From: Lytechinus pictus
Lineage: Eukaryota
DNA length: 64,000 nt
NCBI RefSeq assembly: GCF_037042905.1
Contig: NC_087252.1
Coordinates: 20,090,001-20,154,000 of the forward strand
Direction of reading: 5' to 3'
Below the pieces are notes generated by a model. That model saw nothing but the letters and a program-made list of their open reading frames with translations, ran no database searches and was not told where the DNA came from. Positions 28,079 through 41,823 of the stretch are shown here, one piece after another. The position numbers were made by a program, and so were the translations under genes. Each line of letters starts with the position of its first letter. Position 1 is the stretch's first letter.

Positions 28079-29225
28079 CATATGACCTGTGGCAATCATA
28101 ACGTAAGCAAGGTGTCAAATGAAAGTTGATGAGTTACACAGTAAAAATAAAATCATAAGAATGAATCAAATAGTCTTGATAAAGTTGATCTTTGAACTTC
28201 GGTTACCTTTTTAGAAACACCCTGCAATACGCGTTGGCACTACATAAATGTTATAACAATTTTTAATATTATGTTATTTTTAAATATCATTTTCATAATC
28301 ATCATTATTATTCGAGACATATTACATAATTATGAGAAAATAATTCATTCGACTAACATTGGCAGTATTGTCCCACGTAGCGAGCCATACTGTTCGCTCG
28401 ACACACACATCGATACACGCCGTTCTGCACGGTGCGATTTCCGCCATTCAAACACGGATCTGTAGCACAAAAACAAATACACGTAATAATGCAAAGGGAC
28501 GAGAGAGAGAGAGGGGGGGAGAAAGAGGGGGGGGGGGGAACAAAGAAGAAAGGTGAGGAGCCAAAGAAAAGAGATACAACAAGAAAAAGGACAGGAGAGG
28601 ATGGGGATAAATGAGACTAGAGCGGAGACAAAGAGGATGAATAGAGAACAGGGGAAAGAGAGAAACCAAATAAAAACGAAAAAGAAGAGAGACACGAGAA
28701 ATAGAGAGAGAACAGAATAAAGAAAAAGAAATGAGAGGCTGAGAAAATTTTGATCAAAAATTGTCTCACTGTTTCATTCACCTTGCATTTTGTACTATGA
28801 ATATAGTCAACAGAAAGTAAGTCCCCCTAAATCAATATACTGTAACTTTTGAAATGAATAATTTTCAGATATAATATTATTTCGTAGATGGTTTTTTACG
28901 CTTATTAGGCAACTCCTGTGAAAAAAGAAATGATATTGGTCGGTTGTATCATTCATGAGTAATCAAAAATTGAATTTAAAATGACAATTTTTAAAAGTCA
29001 CAAGAATCGTTTTTCAGATAAGGGTACTAGAGACGCAAGAGACGTCTTTTTTAAATTGAATTTGATGACCCCCCTGCAACCTCTCCTTTTTAAAACCATG
29101 AACAGGATGAGTACCTTCTTAGTTAAACAATGATGCGAGCGCGTAGCTTGATCAAAAAATTACTAATATTCAGAGCTACTTTCAAATCATGAACATGCAG
29201 AATGCATAATGTATAGCGAGACATT

Positions 29226-29655
29226 GGCCCGAATTCACAAAGGTCAGTGGTTTTAAAAACCCACGGTTGAATCCATGGTTTATGCAGATTTCATGTATAA
29301 ATTACGCTTAATTTAGCGCGCATCGGGCGCTTGTATAAAAAAATGTCCAATGCTGATGCGCGCTTTTGTCACAGTGCGCCAAATTGACGCCTGTTACCAT
29401 GGTTAGATACACTATTTTATTCATGAGTCCACTGTTTGAAGAGTGGACTCATGATTAAAAACAGTGGACTCATGAATAAAATAGCGCGGATAACCACGGC
29501 AACAGGCGTCAATTTGGCGCACTGTGACAAAAGCGCGCATCAGCATTGGACATTTTTTAATATACGCGGTAAAATAAGCGTAATTTATACAGGAAATCTG
29601 CAGAAACCATGGACTCAACCGTGGGTTTTCAAAACCGCCTTTGTGAATTCGGGCC
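29226..29655. mobile_element. Long palindromic Harbinger-type MITE
   Basis: GGCCCGAATTCACAAAGG / CCTTTGTGAATTCGGGCC; arms of about 200 bp; 3-bp TSD ATT. Confidence 0.8.
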
Positions 29656-29947
29656 ATTATCTCGCTCAAACAAATAATGAAAATCGGAATCACGTGAGAA
29701 GAATATTTTGTGCATATTGACTTGAACACTGGATTTTAAGCCCAATGCATCCCATTAAACAGATCATTTACTCATTTCAATCAACAGCCACTGCCAGCGC
29801 GAAGAGAGAGCGAAATTTGAATTTTATATAATGACCTGAAAGATTTATGTTAATGACTAATAAAGGAGCTACATGAGAAAAGGTTAACAATTTGAAGAGT
29901 GAAACATGCTGTTTTGGAGCACTTTACAGCTTGAATAGGAGGCTTAA

Positions 29948-31366
29948 CCCTGATAAGACATTTTTCGCGATAAATACGCCGCGGATTTTTGTTTTGACCG
30001 CATCGCGCGCAGACTTTTTACTTTCAAGTCTCGCGCAACTTTTGAGACCAAAATTGTGACCCCCGGGTACGCGGTTCCGAAATTACGCAACATTTCGTAA
30101 GTGCATGCAGACCCAAAATTGTTCAAAAACGTGAATTTGTGTACAAATCCAATGCAAATAGTGTTTTTAGCCAGAATTCATAAATGTATCATTATTTTTC
30201 CTTTTACTGCTTAAAATAAATTATTTTTTTCTTATTTATGGTCAAAATTAAGTCCCCGACAATTTCCATTGAAAAAAAGAAAAAATACTAAAAAACAAAA
30301 AGTAAAAAAACACAGAAATACATAAGAAATTTAGAAAACAATAGAATACATAAGAAAATAAATGTTTTTTTGAAATTTTTGAAAAATAAATTTGATCAGA
30401 TGCCTATGTAGAGTATGTGAAACAAAAATTGGCATTTTAGGGGCATTATTTTATTAATTAGAGCAAACTTATGATTTTACGCATAAATTAGCATAATTAA
30501 TGAGCAATGAGATTTTTCGCAGAATTTGATATTATTGTTTTGTAGATAATGCCATAGGTAACGCGCATGCCAATTTTCGTCGCCATCGCACGATCGATGG
30601 CCGAGATCATAATGGGGGCTCAATCAGCCCCCCCCCCCCAGTCTTCTTAGGCGTCGAAATAGCCCAGTCTATTTAGGGTTCACCCTGATAAGACATTTTT
30701 CGCGATAAATTCGCCGCGGATTTTTTTTTTGACCGCATCGCGCGCAGACTTTTTACTTTCAAGTCTCGAGCAATTTTTGAGACCAAATTGCGACCCCCGG
30801 GTACGCGATTCCGAAATTACGCAACATTTCAAAAGTGCATTGTTCAAAAACGTGAATGCGTGTACCAACCAATCCAATGCAAATACTGTTTTTAGCCAGA
30901 ATTCATAAATGTATCATTATTTTTTCCTTTTACTGATTAAAATCAATTTACTTCATTTTGTTTATGGTCAAATAATGTTTCCGAAATTTCCCTTGAAAAA
31001 TCAATTAAAAAACAAAAAGTCGAAAAACAGAGAAATGTATGAAATACATAAGAAAATAAATATCACGTTGAAATTTTTTTCAAAGTACATTTGATCAGAG
31101 TCTGTAAACCAAAAAATAGCATTTTAGGGGCATTATTTAGTTAATTAGGGTAAAACTTTGATTTTATGCATAAATTAGCATAGTTAATTAGCAATGAGAT
31201 TTTTCAAAGAATTTGATGTTATAATTTTGTAGATCATGCCAAGGGTAACGCGCGTGCCAATTTTCATCGCGATCGCGCGATCAACGGCCGAGATCATAAG
31301 GGGGTGGGCTGAATCAGCCCCCCCCCCCGTCTTCTTTGGCTTTGAAATAGCCCAGTCTATTTAGGG
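29948..31366. mobile_element. Head-to-tail dimer of a piggyBac-like MITE (29948-30678 and 30683-31366)
   Basis: TTAA-CCCT...AGGG-TTCA-CCCT...AGGG-TTAA; two diverged copies of about 700 bp. Confidence 0.8.
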
Positions 31367-31599
31367 TTAAGCTCGGTTGACACTTGCACGCATTGATGCG
31401 TGCCAGTGCGGGACACTTTATGGCACGACTTGGCTGTATCAGTTCACGCATTGTCCCGACACGTTCACGACATGTTTGCGATTTGTTTGCGCATAGTCTA
31501 CGGAGTGTTCACGCACTGGCCCGACATGCGTTCAGCAAATATTCTCGACACCCTATTTTTGACGTATCTAGCGCAAATTCAAATATTTTAACGTTTTGG

Positions 31600-34500
31600 T
31601 CAACGAACGTAGAGGGCAGCAACATACAAGCGTGTTGCTATTAGGAAGGTCCACTCACTGAACTAGAGATACGTGGAATACGTGTCCCTATTCCCAACGT
31701 ACACAAAGCCGTGCGGCAACGAAGAGCATCGGACTTCACGCTCGACTGAGCGCGCCGCCATTTTGCTAGGTCAATACTGGCTAGTCGACAAAATTAATGC
31801 TGCGTGAAGGCAGATGGGAGAAAGGAACGCAAAGAAAGTGTTCCTTGTGCTGTTTAAAGTTTTAGTTTGCTTTGTTACATCATGTAATATATGTTATTGA
31901 ATACTTTCATAACTGAAAATGTTGATTTAGTCACATTTTTGTATTAAAGGGGAGTAAATATACAGACATGAAATCATAAAAACTCGACCTTTTTCACGCG
32001 CACACTATGACAAAGAAAGGCCCAACAACAACTCTCTCTTATTTCTCCCCTTTATATCATCTCGATCTCCCTCTTTATTATTTTTCCTTTCTCTTTGGCT
32101 TCTTTCTCTCTGATTTTCCTCTTCTTTCTCATCTCTCTCTCTCTTACCTTCCCTTTCTATATAGGCCCCCTTATATCTCTCTTTTATTTCCCCATCTCCC
32201 TTATATCAAGCCCTCTTATCTCCCTCTCGTCTCGCCTTTCTCTCCTCACCTCTTTCTCATTCCTCGTCATTTCCCCCTTTCTCTCCCTCTCTCGATCTCT
32301 TTGATCTTCCTCTTCTTTCCATCTCTTCTCGTTGATCTCTCCGGCTGCATCTTTACCATTTTGCCTTTCTCATTTCAACTTTCTCTATATAAATTTTGAG
32401 TAAATATTCCCTTCCCTCCCTCTCATACTGTTCAATCACACATTTAGGGTGAAAAATGGATAGAAGTTTGAGGACAAGAAGGTTGTTACTTTTAATGAGC
32501 CTTCAAAGTTGGACCTTCGTGTGCTCAGCCATGAAATATCTACTAAGTACAGTGTATATAAAAATGGGCACAATATAATTTGAATTCTTATGAAATTTAA
32601 TTTGGAAGAGCATGGATGTTGCACGACATGTGCTTATACATCAATACACCTTTACATAAAGGAAGGGGTGATGGTTAAACAAATTCAACTCTAACAAGTT
32701 TACTAATTAGAGCACAGATCAGAAAAACATAGCAATGGTAATTCCATTTAAAAAGTTGTGGCACTAAATTTCGCTTATTTTCACATACCAGATAATTATA
32801 TGCATATCCTGGTCAGTATATATATGAAATATTCCACATGTCAAAAATTGCACAAAAAGGCCACTACCTCTTGTCAAATATTTCCAGGGTGACCAGACGT
32901 CCCGTATTTCCCGGGATCGTCCCGTATTTTGCTCCTTTGTCCCGGCGTCCCGACAAACCCTTTCCGGGACACCTATCTGTCCCGTATTTTTAGAACATTG
33001 AACAAAATGTAGTTGATACATTTAAAAGTGACGAATTTTCATCAAATAACCTAACAGATGACGAAGCAGAGACAACAATAAATCGATAACTAAACTTTTG
33101 CAAAGTTTTGCGGGTGATTTTTATCCTAACCCAATAGGCCTACATTGCAAACGAGCTGGCTTCCTGCCTGTGTGTGGCAGGCTCTATGCATGTAGGATCG
33201 GAGCAGATTCTCAATGGTGCAAACAATCTCACATGATAAACAGTTTTTCCACCAAAATAATCGCAAAATCGGCGGGAAATTTTTATGATCATATATTATA
33301 GATTCTCAGACTACTGATTTAATAGGAGGAACAAGTTTTTTAATTTTCATAACTGGATCTTGTTGTGTAGGATGCCGGCGCTGTTTCCTCTAATTTGTAA
33401 GTTGACAATGTTTCACTTTGAAATTTTATTCATTTCTAAACCACTTAGTTTTTCAATTTTAAAGATAAAAAACACCAAATATATCATTGTTATTTCTGTT
33501 AGATGATTGGATTGCTTTTGTTTGCTTGAAGTTTGAACTTTTTCCTCTTTCATTTTTATTCTTCATCCTTCTATCCTTCCTGCTTGCTTTTTTTGTTCCA
33601 TCTATCTTTTAATATTTCCTACCTTTCTTTCCTGATCCAGTCTGTGTGTTAATTTTCTTTCTTTCCTTCTTTCTCTTATCTGCCCTTTTTATCTACTTCC
33701 TTCTCCCTTCCTCACCTTCAATTTCTTTTCGTTTTTTCTCTCCTTCCATTATTTTTTTTTCATTTTCTCATCCCTCCAATCTTTCCTCCCTCTCTTTCAT
33801 TCTTTCTTTCATTCTTTATTCTATTTTTCCTTCTAATTCTTTCTTTCTTTCCCTCCCTCCCTTCCTTCCTTCCCCCTTCATGTTTTCTTCTTTCTTCGTT
33901 TCTTTCTTTCAAAGAATGAAAACATTTTTCTTTCCGGCATTCTTTGTTTCCCTTCTTTTTCTTACTTTTTCTTTCTCACCTTTATTTTGTCTGTCACACA
34001 TCTTCCATTTCTTTCTTTTTCTTTCTTTCTATATTCAATGAATTCAACGAATGACGGAAACCTTTTTTTCTCTTTTATTCTTTCTTTCATCGTCTTTTTA
34101 ATTATTCTAACTTTCTTTCATGTTTTCCCCTTCATTTTCCCCTTCATTTTTTTCTTTCTTCTTTCTCATTTCATTTCTTTTCTTTCTCTCCTTCATTCTT
34201 TCGTTCACCCTCCCTTCCAATTCTTTATATTTTTTTTCACAAGTATAATACTGTGTAGCCTTCTTTGACTATCTTTTTTTTTATGGATTGTCCCGTATTT
34301 CATTTTTTGAAATCTGGTCACCCTGATTTAAACCCTTTTTTAAAACTACATGAATTACCAGGTCCCAGTACATTGTGCATATAGAAATATGTTTGTACAT
34401 GATTGGCTTAATGACATTAAAATACACTTTGCCACACTGAGTAGTACATCAGTATTAATCTTATATTTATAGAGAAAACATATTGCATCTTGCACATACT

Positions 34501-36277
34501 TTCAATTGCCTTCTACGGCGCGTTCTCGAACAATTGACCTAGCAAAATGGCGGCGGTCACGTGACTTATCGAGTTCGCCGGCGATGTTTTGATTGGGTGA
34601 ACACGACTTCCACGTATCTCTAGTTCAGTGGGTCCACTCCGCTCAGATTTTGTGACCACTCTAAGCTCCGCCCCTCACTCAGAGAACCATTGGGGTAGAT
34701 TGTAGAATTGATTTTATTTCATTTGTTCAATTTTATTATTTTTCGTGGATAATGAGAACTCCATTAAAGAATGTTGAATATTATTTTAAGAATGGTAATG
34801 TATTTTGCAAAAAAAGTAAGACAAAAACTAATCATGATTTTTGTAGTTTGCACATCAATGAAAATACATAGTCTGGTGACCTTGTATTTACCGTTCTTCT
34901 GCTTAATTTCGCTGCCCCTACCAAATTACACCAGACAACACCACAGCCATGACCTTGATCTTCTGTCCTGACAGCGCCGAAACTTTCCCGGTCACATACA
35001 GGCCCGTGCGTGTACTGCTCGAACAACGGTGCTGGCCGCATACTCGACGCGAATCGACCAAGCTAGATACGGACTCAAAAGATATGGACTTAGTCAGTCA
35101 CTGTTGTGGCACTAAGGCAGTTGAGCAACGATAAATGGTCAACGTTAGAATCTTAATTTTAACTTCCAGTGTATATATTGGAGTCTAAAAATATGAATAC
35201 AGTATGTATTATTCACAAATCCGACCCAGATTTTGCAATCCATCAGGCAGAGATCGAATACGGCAACTACAAGAGCAAAGCCAATTAAGTAGCGTAGACC
35301 TAGATCTAGTCCATCGTTAGACCTAAATTAGACCGAAATTATCTGGTTTATATCGAGCCATGTATATCTGACAGGTATTGACTTATGAACTATCAAGGGA
35401 CGAAGGTCTATGTCACAGGTACTATTTTCATTCTATTATTTTACACCAATTTATGTACGCATGCATGCAGAATCTCAGATACCACCAAGCGGTAAACCGG
35501 CCAAAACGCTACCGGGACGCCGGCCGCGTGGACGTCAGACATGCACGGTCAAACCACCATGGCGTTGGATTGTGTAGGCGCATCATAGAGATATATACCA
35601 ATAACGCAAACTAGTAATACATCTCTATGAGGCGCATTGATGTGGTACGGTTCAGCGAAATTTAGATGAAAAATGTATCAACCTCACATATCTTTGTTAT
35701 CATAATTGATATGCAAAGTCATAAAATCATAATCATCACCACGTAATATTTTAGGAAAAATACAGATATTAATGTTTCATATTTTTAAGCATGATATTTG
35801 ATGTAAAAACCTTTCTGACAAAAATCATGAAAATGAGGAAATTAAGAAAAATCAACTCTACAATTTACTATAATGTTTCTCTGAGTGAGGGGCGGAGCTT
35901 AAATGTGGTCACAAAATGAGCTGGGCAAAATCGGGGTGAAATTAGCAGTTTGGTTTATTTAATGACAAAATTCATCCTGTTTACTGAATATTAAAAAAGA
36001 TTAAGACAATGATTTAGTGACAATTTTATTTTTTAAATAAGATACATTATCATTTCATTGTTGGTATAGTTTTATTTTTCTATTTCTTTAATCTAGTGTT
36101 GTCATAATCTATTAGTTTTATCTCTATTTTGCTCGTAATCTCTGAGTGTATTGTGTCGGTTCGTAGTTTCGTTGGCATGCCTACCAAATTGTGCGCGCAC
36201 TTCAATTGTATGCGCGTATCGAGTGGACCTTCCTAAAAGCAATACTGCAAAGTGTTGCTGCCCTTTACGTTCGTTGG
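31600..36277. mobile_element. Outer inverted-repeat element hosting the 31656-34630 insertion; additional inverted repeats at about 34640-34720 and 35850-35925
   Basis: caacgaacgtagagggcagcaaca...ttaggaaggtccactc versus gagtggaccttcctaa...tgttgctgccctttacgttcgttg. Confidence 0.6.
31656..34630. mobile_element. P/hAT-type non-autonomous element with a nested Blackjack-like hAT at 32885-34325
   Basis: 23-bp perfect TIR CACTGAACTAGAGATACGTGGAA; perfect 8-bp TSD GGTCCACT; inner TIR CAGGGTGACCAGA / TCTGGTCACCCTG. Confidence 0.85.
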
Positions 36278-36805
36278 TTTTGGTGTTGACACCCTGTACT
36301 TTCGTTGATTAGGACGACTTGCACTGATCACGTGGTGTGCACTCACAATTTTGCGCATACCATTCGCGAACTATGCGTGAAGTATGCTTAACCTATGCGC
36401 GAAGTGTGCGCGACCCTCTCGTGAGACCCCATGGTCGCGCATGGTATCCACTCGTCAATGGAAGTGCTCCCCTCCCCCGCCCCAATCACCCCCCCCCTGG
36501 TGCCGCCACTGTGGATACCCGTCAAGATTAATCCCTTGAATGCACCAAGCTAAGGGAGGAGGGCCTCATAGATGCTGTACATTAGTATTATTATTAGTAG
36601 TAGTAGTAGTAGTAGTATTATTACTATTATCATTATTATTATTATTATTAGTTTCGTTTCATGGCCTTTCTTTATCATAAAATTTGTGTTTTTTCTGCGA
36701 TTTCATTGTTCCATCCATCGGTCATAAGATACACATTTCCATAGAAGAAGGGAAACTTCAAGCAGCTACAAATATTTTATGTTTACAATTTCCATTTCCA
36801 TTTAC

Positions 36806-37299
36806 CTGGCGTTATACAAGCTCTGACTCTAGCTTCGGGTGAAAGGTAGGGTAATACATTATTACTTGGTATTTGAGATTTGTTGATTTCTTCTAATATG
36901 TACTTCTCCGGGGGGTGCCATTCATCTGCTTCTCTCTCACTGCTGCATATGATCCGCATTGATGCTGATACACCGTTAGTACCTTTATTGACGAAATAAC
37001 AAGCAATATAAAATCATGATTACATTAATAACATGAATAATGGCAATAATTTTTTTTCGAGACAAGAAGGCACAAGTAATCCCCGACAAATAAAGTGCCG
37101 AGACGTCGAGGGTAACAGGCACTTAATTGCTCTGTTACTGGTACTAGACAGTCGTATTGGAACATAAAAACCTAAAGTCAAGAATATTAAACTTTAAAAG
37201 GGGAGCCTTCCTGCTATATTGTAAAATATGTCTTCAAATATTGTAATAATGGTGATGCGTCATATTATGAATATATGCAATATGTGTGTGTGTGCGAGC

Positions 37300-37340
<41 letters not shown>

Positions 37341-40038
37341 TATTCACATATATATATATATATATATATATGTGAAATTATACATGTACAACAGCTTTGG
37401 CAACTCTTTTATATAAATATTTGTGAAAGAAATGGATGAAGAGAACAATGGTAGGAGTAGCTTAAATCAAGGTTCCCCGGAGCTATCTGCCCTTTGGAAA
37501 AATTGGTAATGCCGAAAAATGTATCTGCCGGGAATCGAACCCGGGCCTCCAGCATTGAACGTCGGAGCCTTAACCACTAGACCACAGAGACGGGTAAGTG
37601 GCCTCAGCTGGATCAAAGTTATTGCTTTGATACAGTACACGTATGGGAGAAAGTATACAAATGTATAAAATTATACATGTACAATAATATATATGTATGT
37701 ATGTATGTATATATATATTGTCGTTTTATCATGTCCTGAGATTAATTCAAGTTTGATGTGAAATTAAAATGTTATACTATTTCAGTAGAAAAGAAGGTTT
37801 CTAGATATCTCAATTAAATCTTGCAAAGAAACAAGGATAAAGAGAAGAACATTTGTATATGAGTGTTAGTTACACTGAGGTCATGTTCTAGAAGTGATCT
37901 TTCCTAGGAGAAAGGAGAATGTTATCAATATAGAATACATACTCGTACATTCATCGTCGTCTTTGCAATTCAGTGTGCTTCATCTTTGTTTACAAAAGAC
38001 ATTGTGCAAATTTCCTATTGAAAAATATGACTCTCAAAATTTCCATACAGTTGAGGTTAATCAGATCAATCGCAACTCTTTGTAAGACCGGGCACTGGAA
38101 GCATCTAGAAGATTGCAATTTGATATAAAAGGCTGGGAGATTTTTTAGGAAAAATCAGAACTTACAATTTTTGTCCGTGCAGAGTTTACCCTCTGTGGAA
38201 TTATTATTTCTATCACCAACGAGCTGTTTGAAACTGTATTTTAAAGAGGAATTCTCAATTCTCATGAAAATCATAAACCTCCTGTGGTGGACATTCCTCA
38301 ACCCATATAATAGAGTGCTTAATGGACATTTTAGCGCAGTTTGTACAGGGACTGATGTTGCCCATCGGATCTAATATCACTTTCATCATATCTAGCATTG
38401 TGGTTTTTAAAGTGATTGGCTAACATTGGTTCGACTTCAAAAAAATCTGAGCTTAAAGGTCACACTTGTCACCTGTGTCTGTGATATGTTACAAAAATGA
38501 ATCCAAGACAAAATCGCGTCCGAAAATTATTATTTAGTGCTTCAAAAAGTGAATAAAGTGACCGGAAACACCATCTTAATTTCATCCCATACACTGATTT
38601 TTTTCTATTTAAGCGTCTTTAAGACGCCTAATTAAAAAATCAGGGTTTGCCTTTTATTTTTAGCTTTTCATTCACAATAATGGTTGTTTTCAGGATTTTT
38701 TAGTTCTAATACATGTACTTGTACACAAGTTTCATCTCAGTTTGATTTTTTTTTTAATCGGCTGCTCACAAAGTTGAATAATACTTTTAACCCACGGATT
38801 TTTTACCAGCCATTTGGGATATATTAGGGATATTAAAAAAAATCACAACTGTCTCTAAAGGTCACCAGCCAGTCTTTTTGAGAGCATATTTTATTTTGTT
38901 TTACTTTTGTTTTATTGTTGATAATAAAAAGGAATTTCGTTATATATCTGTCACTGTTATTTTCATAGTGCTTTTGTATCGTAGCAATGATGTTTTCAAA
39001 CATAACCGGAAGTAGTAGAGCCCGCAGCTATCGCATTCTTTTCACGTCATTTACCATGTTTAATATACAAGGAATATATCGCGGACACATTAAGATGTTA
39101 ATAGAAACGTCAAATCACACATTAAGTACACGATGATTCGAAAAGTTAGATATAAATCTGATAACATATTAAGAAAAAGGAAAATCGGAATTGTTTCGCA
39201 ATGCGAATGTATGACTATAGCCAGACCGAGACGGTAGTCTGCTGTGCAAACCCTTTACTCGAGTTAAGGGGTCCGAATCTGCAGCCTGCAATGACCTGTT
39301 GGTACTAGAGGCAAGCAGCATTTTTTTCTAATAGATGTGCTAGTCTTGTGTGAGGACCCACTTATTGATCAAAGTTTCTATCAGTGCCTGTACTGCTGAC
39401 TACAGAGGCGGAGCCAATACTTTCCGTTGAAAGTGGGGGGGGGGGGGGGGGCTATTAAAAAGGGGAGGACTTTTTTCTCAGAATGATGTAGATCTAGGTC
39501 CAAACCCTCTTACTCTGAAAACATTGAGTAAAATTTTACCCAATATTGGGTAGAAAGTGAATATTCATGTTTGCTGGGGGGTTTTTAAACCCCATATTGG
39601 GCTATTTCAACGCAACATTGCGTAAAATTTACAGAATATTTGGTATTTTTTTACCCAATCAACATGCATGTTCCCATTTTAACCAATATTGGGTAAACCT
39701 TTTTTCAGAGTGTATTGTACTATGCTACCACACTGTTTATACTGGTTCAAAGAAGCGTATATCACACATTTAATGATAACTTAATATGGAATTTTAGGCT
39801 AACTTTATTACCCTACAAACAAGAATATTAGCACATATTTCTAGTTTGATTGCATTAGAAACTAGAAAGTAATATCTTGAATCTTTTAATTGACCAATTT
39901 GTAAGTAATAAGTTCGGACTCAAGTAGAAAATAATGATATCATGCCTCCTCTGACGCATTAATAATAAAGAAAATATACCAAATAAATACCTTACCGAAA
40001 AAGTAAGGTAGAAAGCACAGCAGTGTAGCCAAATTCAT
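36806..40038 (-). CDS. Signal-peptide exon plus second exon of a putative secreted protein, possibly the 5' end of the FAMeT-domain gene
   Basis: 40038-39996 MNLATLLCFLPYFF|gtaag (phase 1); 36982-36806 GTNGVSASMRIICSSEREADEWHPPEKYILEEINKSQIPSNNVLPYLSPEARVRACITP|gtaaat (177 nt, phase 1-1). A decayed paralogue of the second exon lies near 42 kb. Confidence 0.5.
37385..37620 (-). mobile_element. tRNA(Glu)-like-headed element (family 2), full head, in (TA)n
   Basis: Minus 37591-37521 reads GTCTCTG TGGTCTAGTGG...GGTTCGATTCC CGGCAGATAC; body matches 19190-19325. Confidence 0.7.
39236..39401. mobile_element. TAGTC-terminated (Academ-like) MITE; inverted copy at 41846-42190 interrupted by a LINE 3' end
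   Basis: tagtctgctgtgcaaaccctttactcgag shared between the two copies; (GATT)n-tailed insert at about 42000-42175 in the second copy. Confidence 0.6.
39512..39712. mobile_element. CAC-type MITE
   Basis: actctgaaaa...ttacccaatattgg / ccaatattgggtaa...ttttcagagtg. Confidence 0.6.
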
Positions 40039-41823
40039 GATGAAAAAGGATGATCACGGTATATTCGAGATGTTTTCAGGCTCTCAAGAGTGTTACATGA
40101 AGTAAAAGAGAGAAATTAAACCTGCCTTGAGCCACCAGAGCCAAGATACCACGGTGGAAACATGGCGATAAACCTCAATTCATTTGGCTTCACTGGCGCA
40201 CAATAGTGGAGGGGTGGGGCAGTTGTCCTTGTCATAGATTCCACGAGTGGAAATTTAAAAAAAGACCAAGAAGAAGGTGGATAAATAAATGAAATAGAAA
40301 CGGGCCAAATATCCTCACATGAGAGTCGGACAGTCTGTCATAAAATCGGATTTTCTTTGTAAACTATCACCGATTAATTCACTCCCGCATTACTGTATCC
40401 ATGATATCCCTAAGTTATGTTGTGCCCCTCCCCTCGCGAGTTTGCTTTCTCTGTTTTTTTTTATGGAAAAATACCAAAGATTTGAAGGAATCAGTCTCGA
40501 CTAGCACTTGTGCTACCTTCTGGTTCCTTCTTAACAACAACATTCAACCGTATACTTATCTTTTTGTTAGATTATTAATATTGGAAACTGTGACTGGGAT
40601 CTTGTTTTAGGTTTATACACGCACGTCACATTTTATGTTTTCAGATTTATCGTTTGTATTCTCATGTTATCCTTTATAATGTTAGCAATTACATCTGTGT
40701 ACTAGAATAGTATGTTTGTGATGTGATGTTAACACATTGTTATCGTTATCGTTATTGTTGTTAAGTAAATAAACTCAACAGGCAAATCAAGAACATGCAA
40801 GATGGTTAATAAAACCAGGGAGTACGCTCTGAGTCATTGAAATATTGATGATATCAAAAGTTTTAGGTTCGTGAGAAAATGATATATTGCAAGTTACTAA
40901 ATAATGACAATAATAATACATAACATTCATGAGGCTCTTACTACTGTGTTTATAAGCGCACTGTATCCTGTTTATGGTTTATACTTGGGATAAAAAAAAG
41001 AAAAAATGTGTTATTATTTATTTATTACACATATTTAAAAAGGGAAGCTCAATCAGCAGAAACACTGGTTTTCATTGGGGCCCTTTGTAAAAATACAATT
41101 TAGACAGATTTTAACCAATAGTTGTGTGAACGGTATGTTGCCCAGGGTTGGTTAAAAGTTGGGCTTTTTGCCCAAAGGATTTTATCTTGGACTTACCTGT
41201 TCATGCACGCTCGCATAAAATAAAACTCTGCATGGACTAATGGAACCTGAAAATAATTTATAGGTTGCAGATTTTTACGATATATTATTATTTTCTTTTA
41301 CTTGCCCCCATATTCCTATTGCTGTTGCGTAGCAATATCATGCACATGGGTAATAAATGGCAAACGGAACATATATGATAAACAACCTTTCATATTGAAT
41401 ATCAGAGGTCAATGCATATTATCCTAATGAGGGGGTTAACAAACCCCACAAAAACCTCCTTGTCGTTGCCGTTTTACCTTGTTTTCAACCGTCTCTTCTC
41501 TATGGGAGGTTGAATATTCAAATCAAACATATGTAACGCCCTCTATCAGTGATATTTTTGTTTTCCTTAATAAAGGACTCTTTCGACACTAATTTTATGA
41601 AATTATGGATTAGGTATATGCAAGTGTATCCTCCAATTTTCAGCGCAATCGATGCAGAATATATCTCAAAATATATCTTATAGAAAGAAAAAAAAAACAT
41701 TTTGATTTATTCCATATTCTCAACATCGGAACTGTTTTTAGGGCATACACATTCATACAAGGAGTAAATTGTAGTAGTCATAGCCATTTTATGGATGATT
41801 TACAAAAAGACGGGCCTTACTAC

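Noticed and set aside
37521..37591. tRNA gene (possible TTC or TCA anticodon)
   Set aside because: Mismatched acceptor and anticodon stems, and part of a dispersed repeat with a sister copy at 19.1 kb; treated as a SINE-like head
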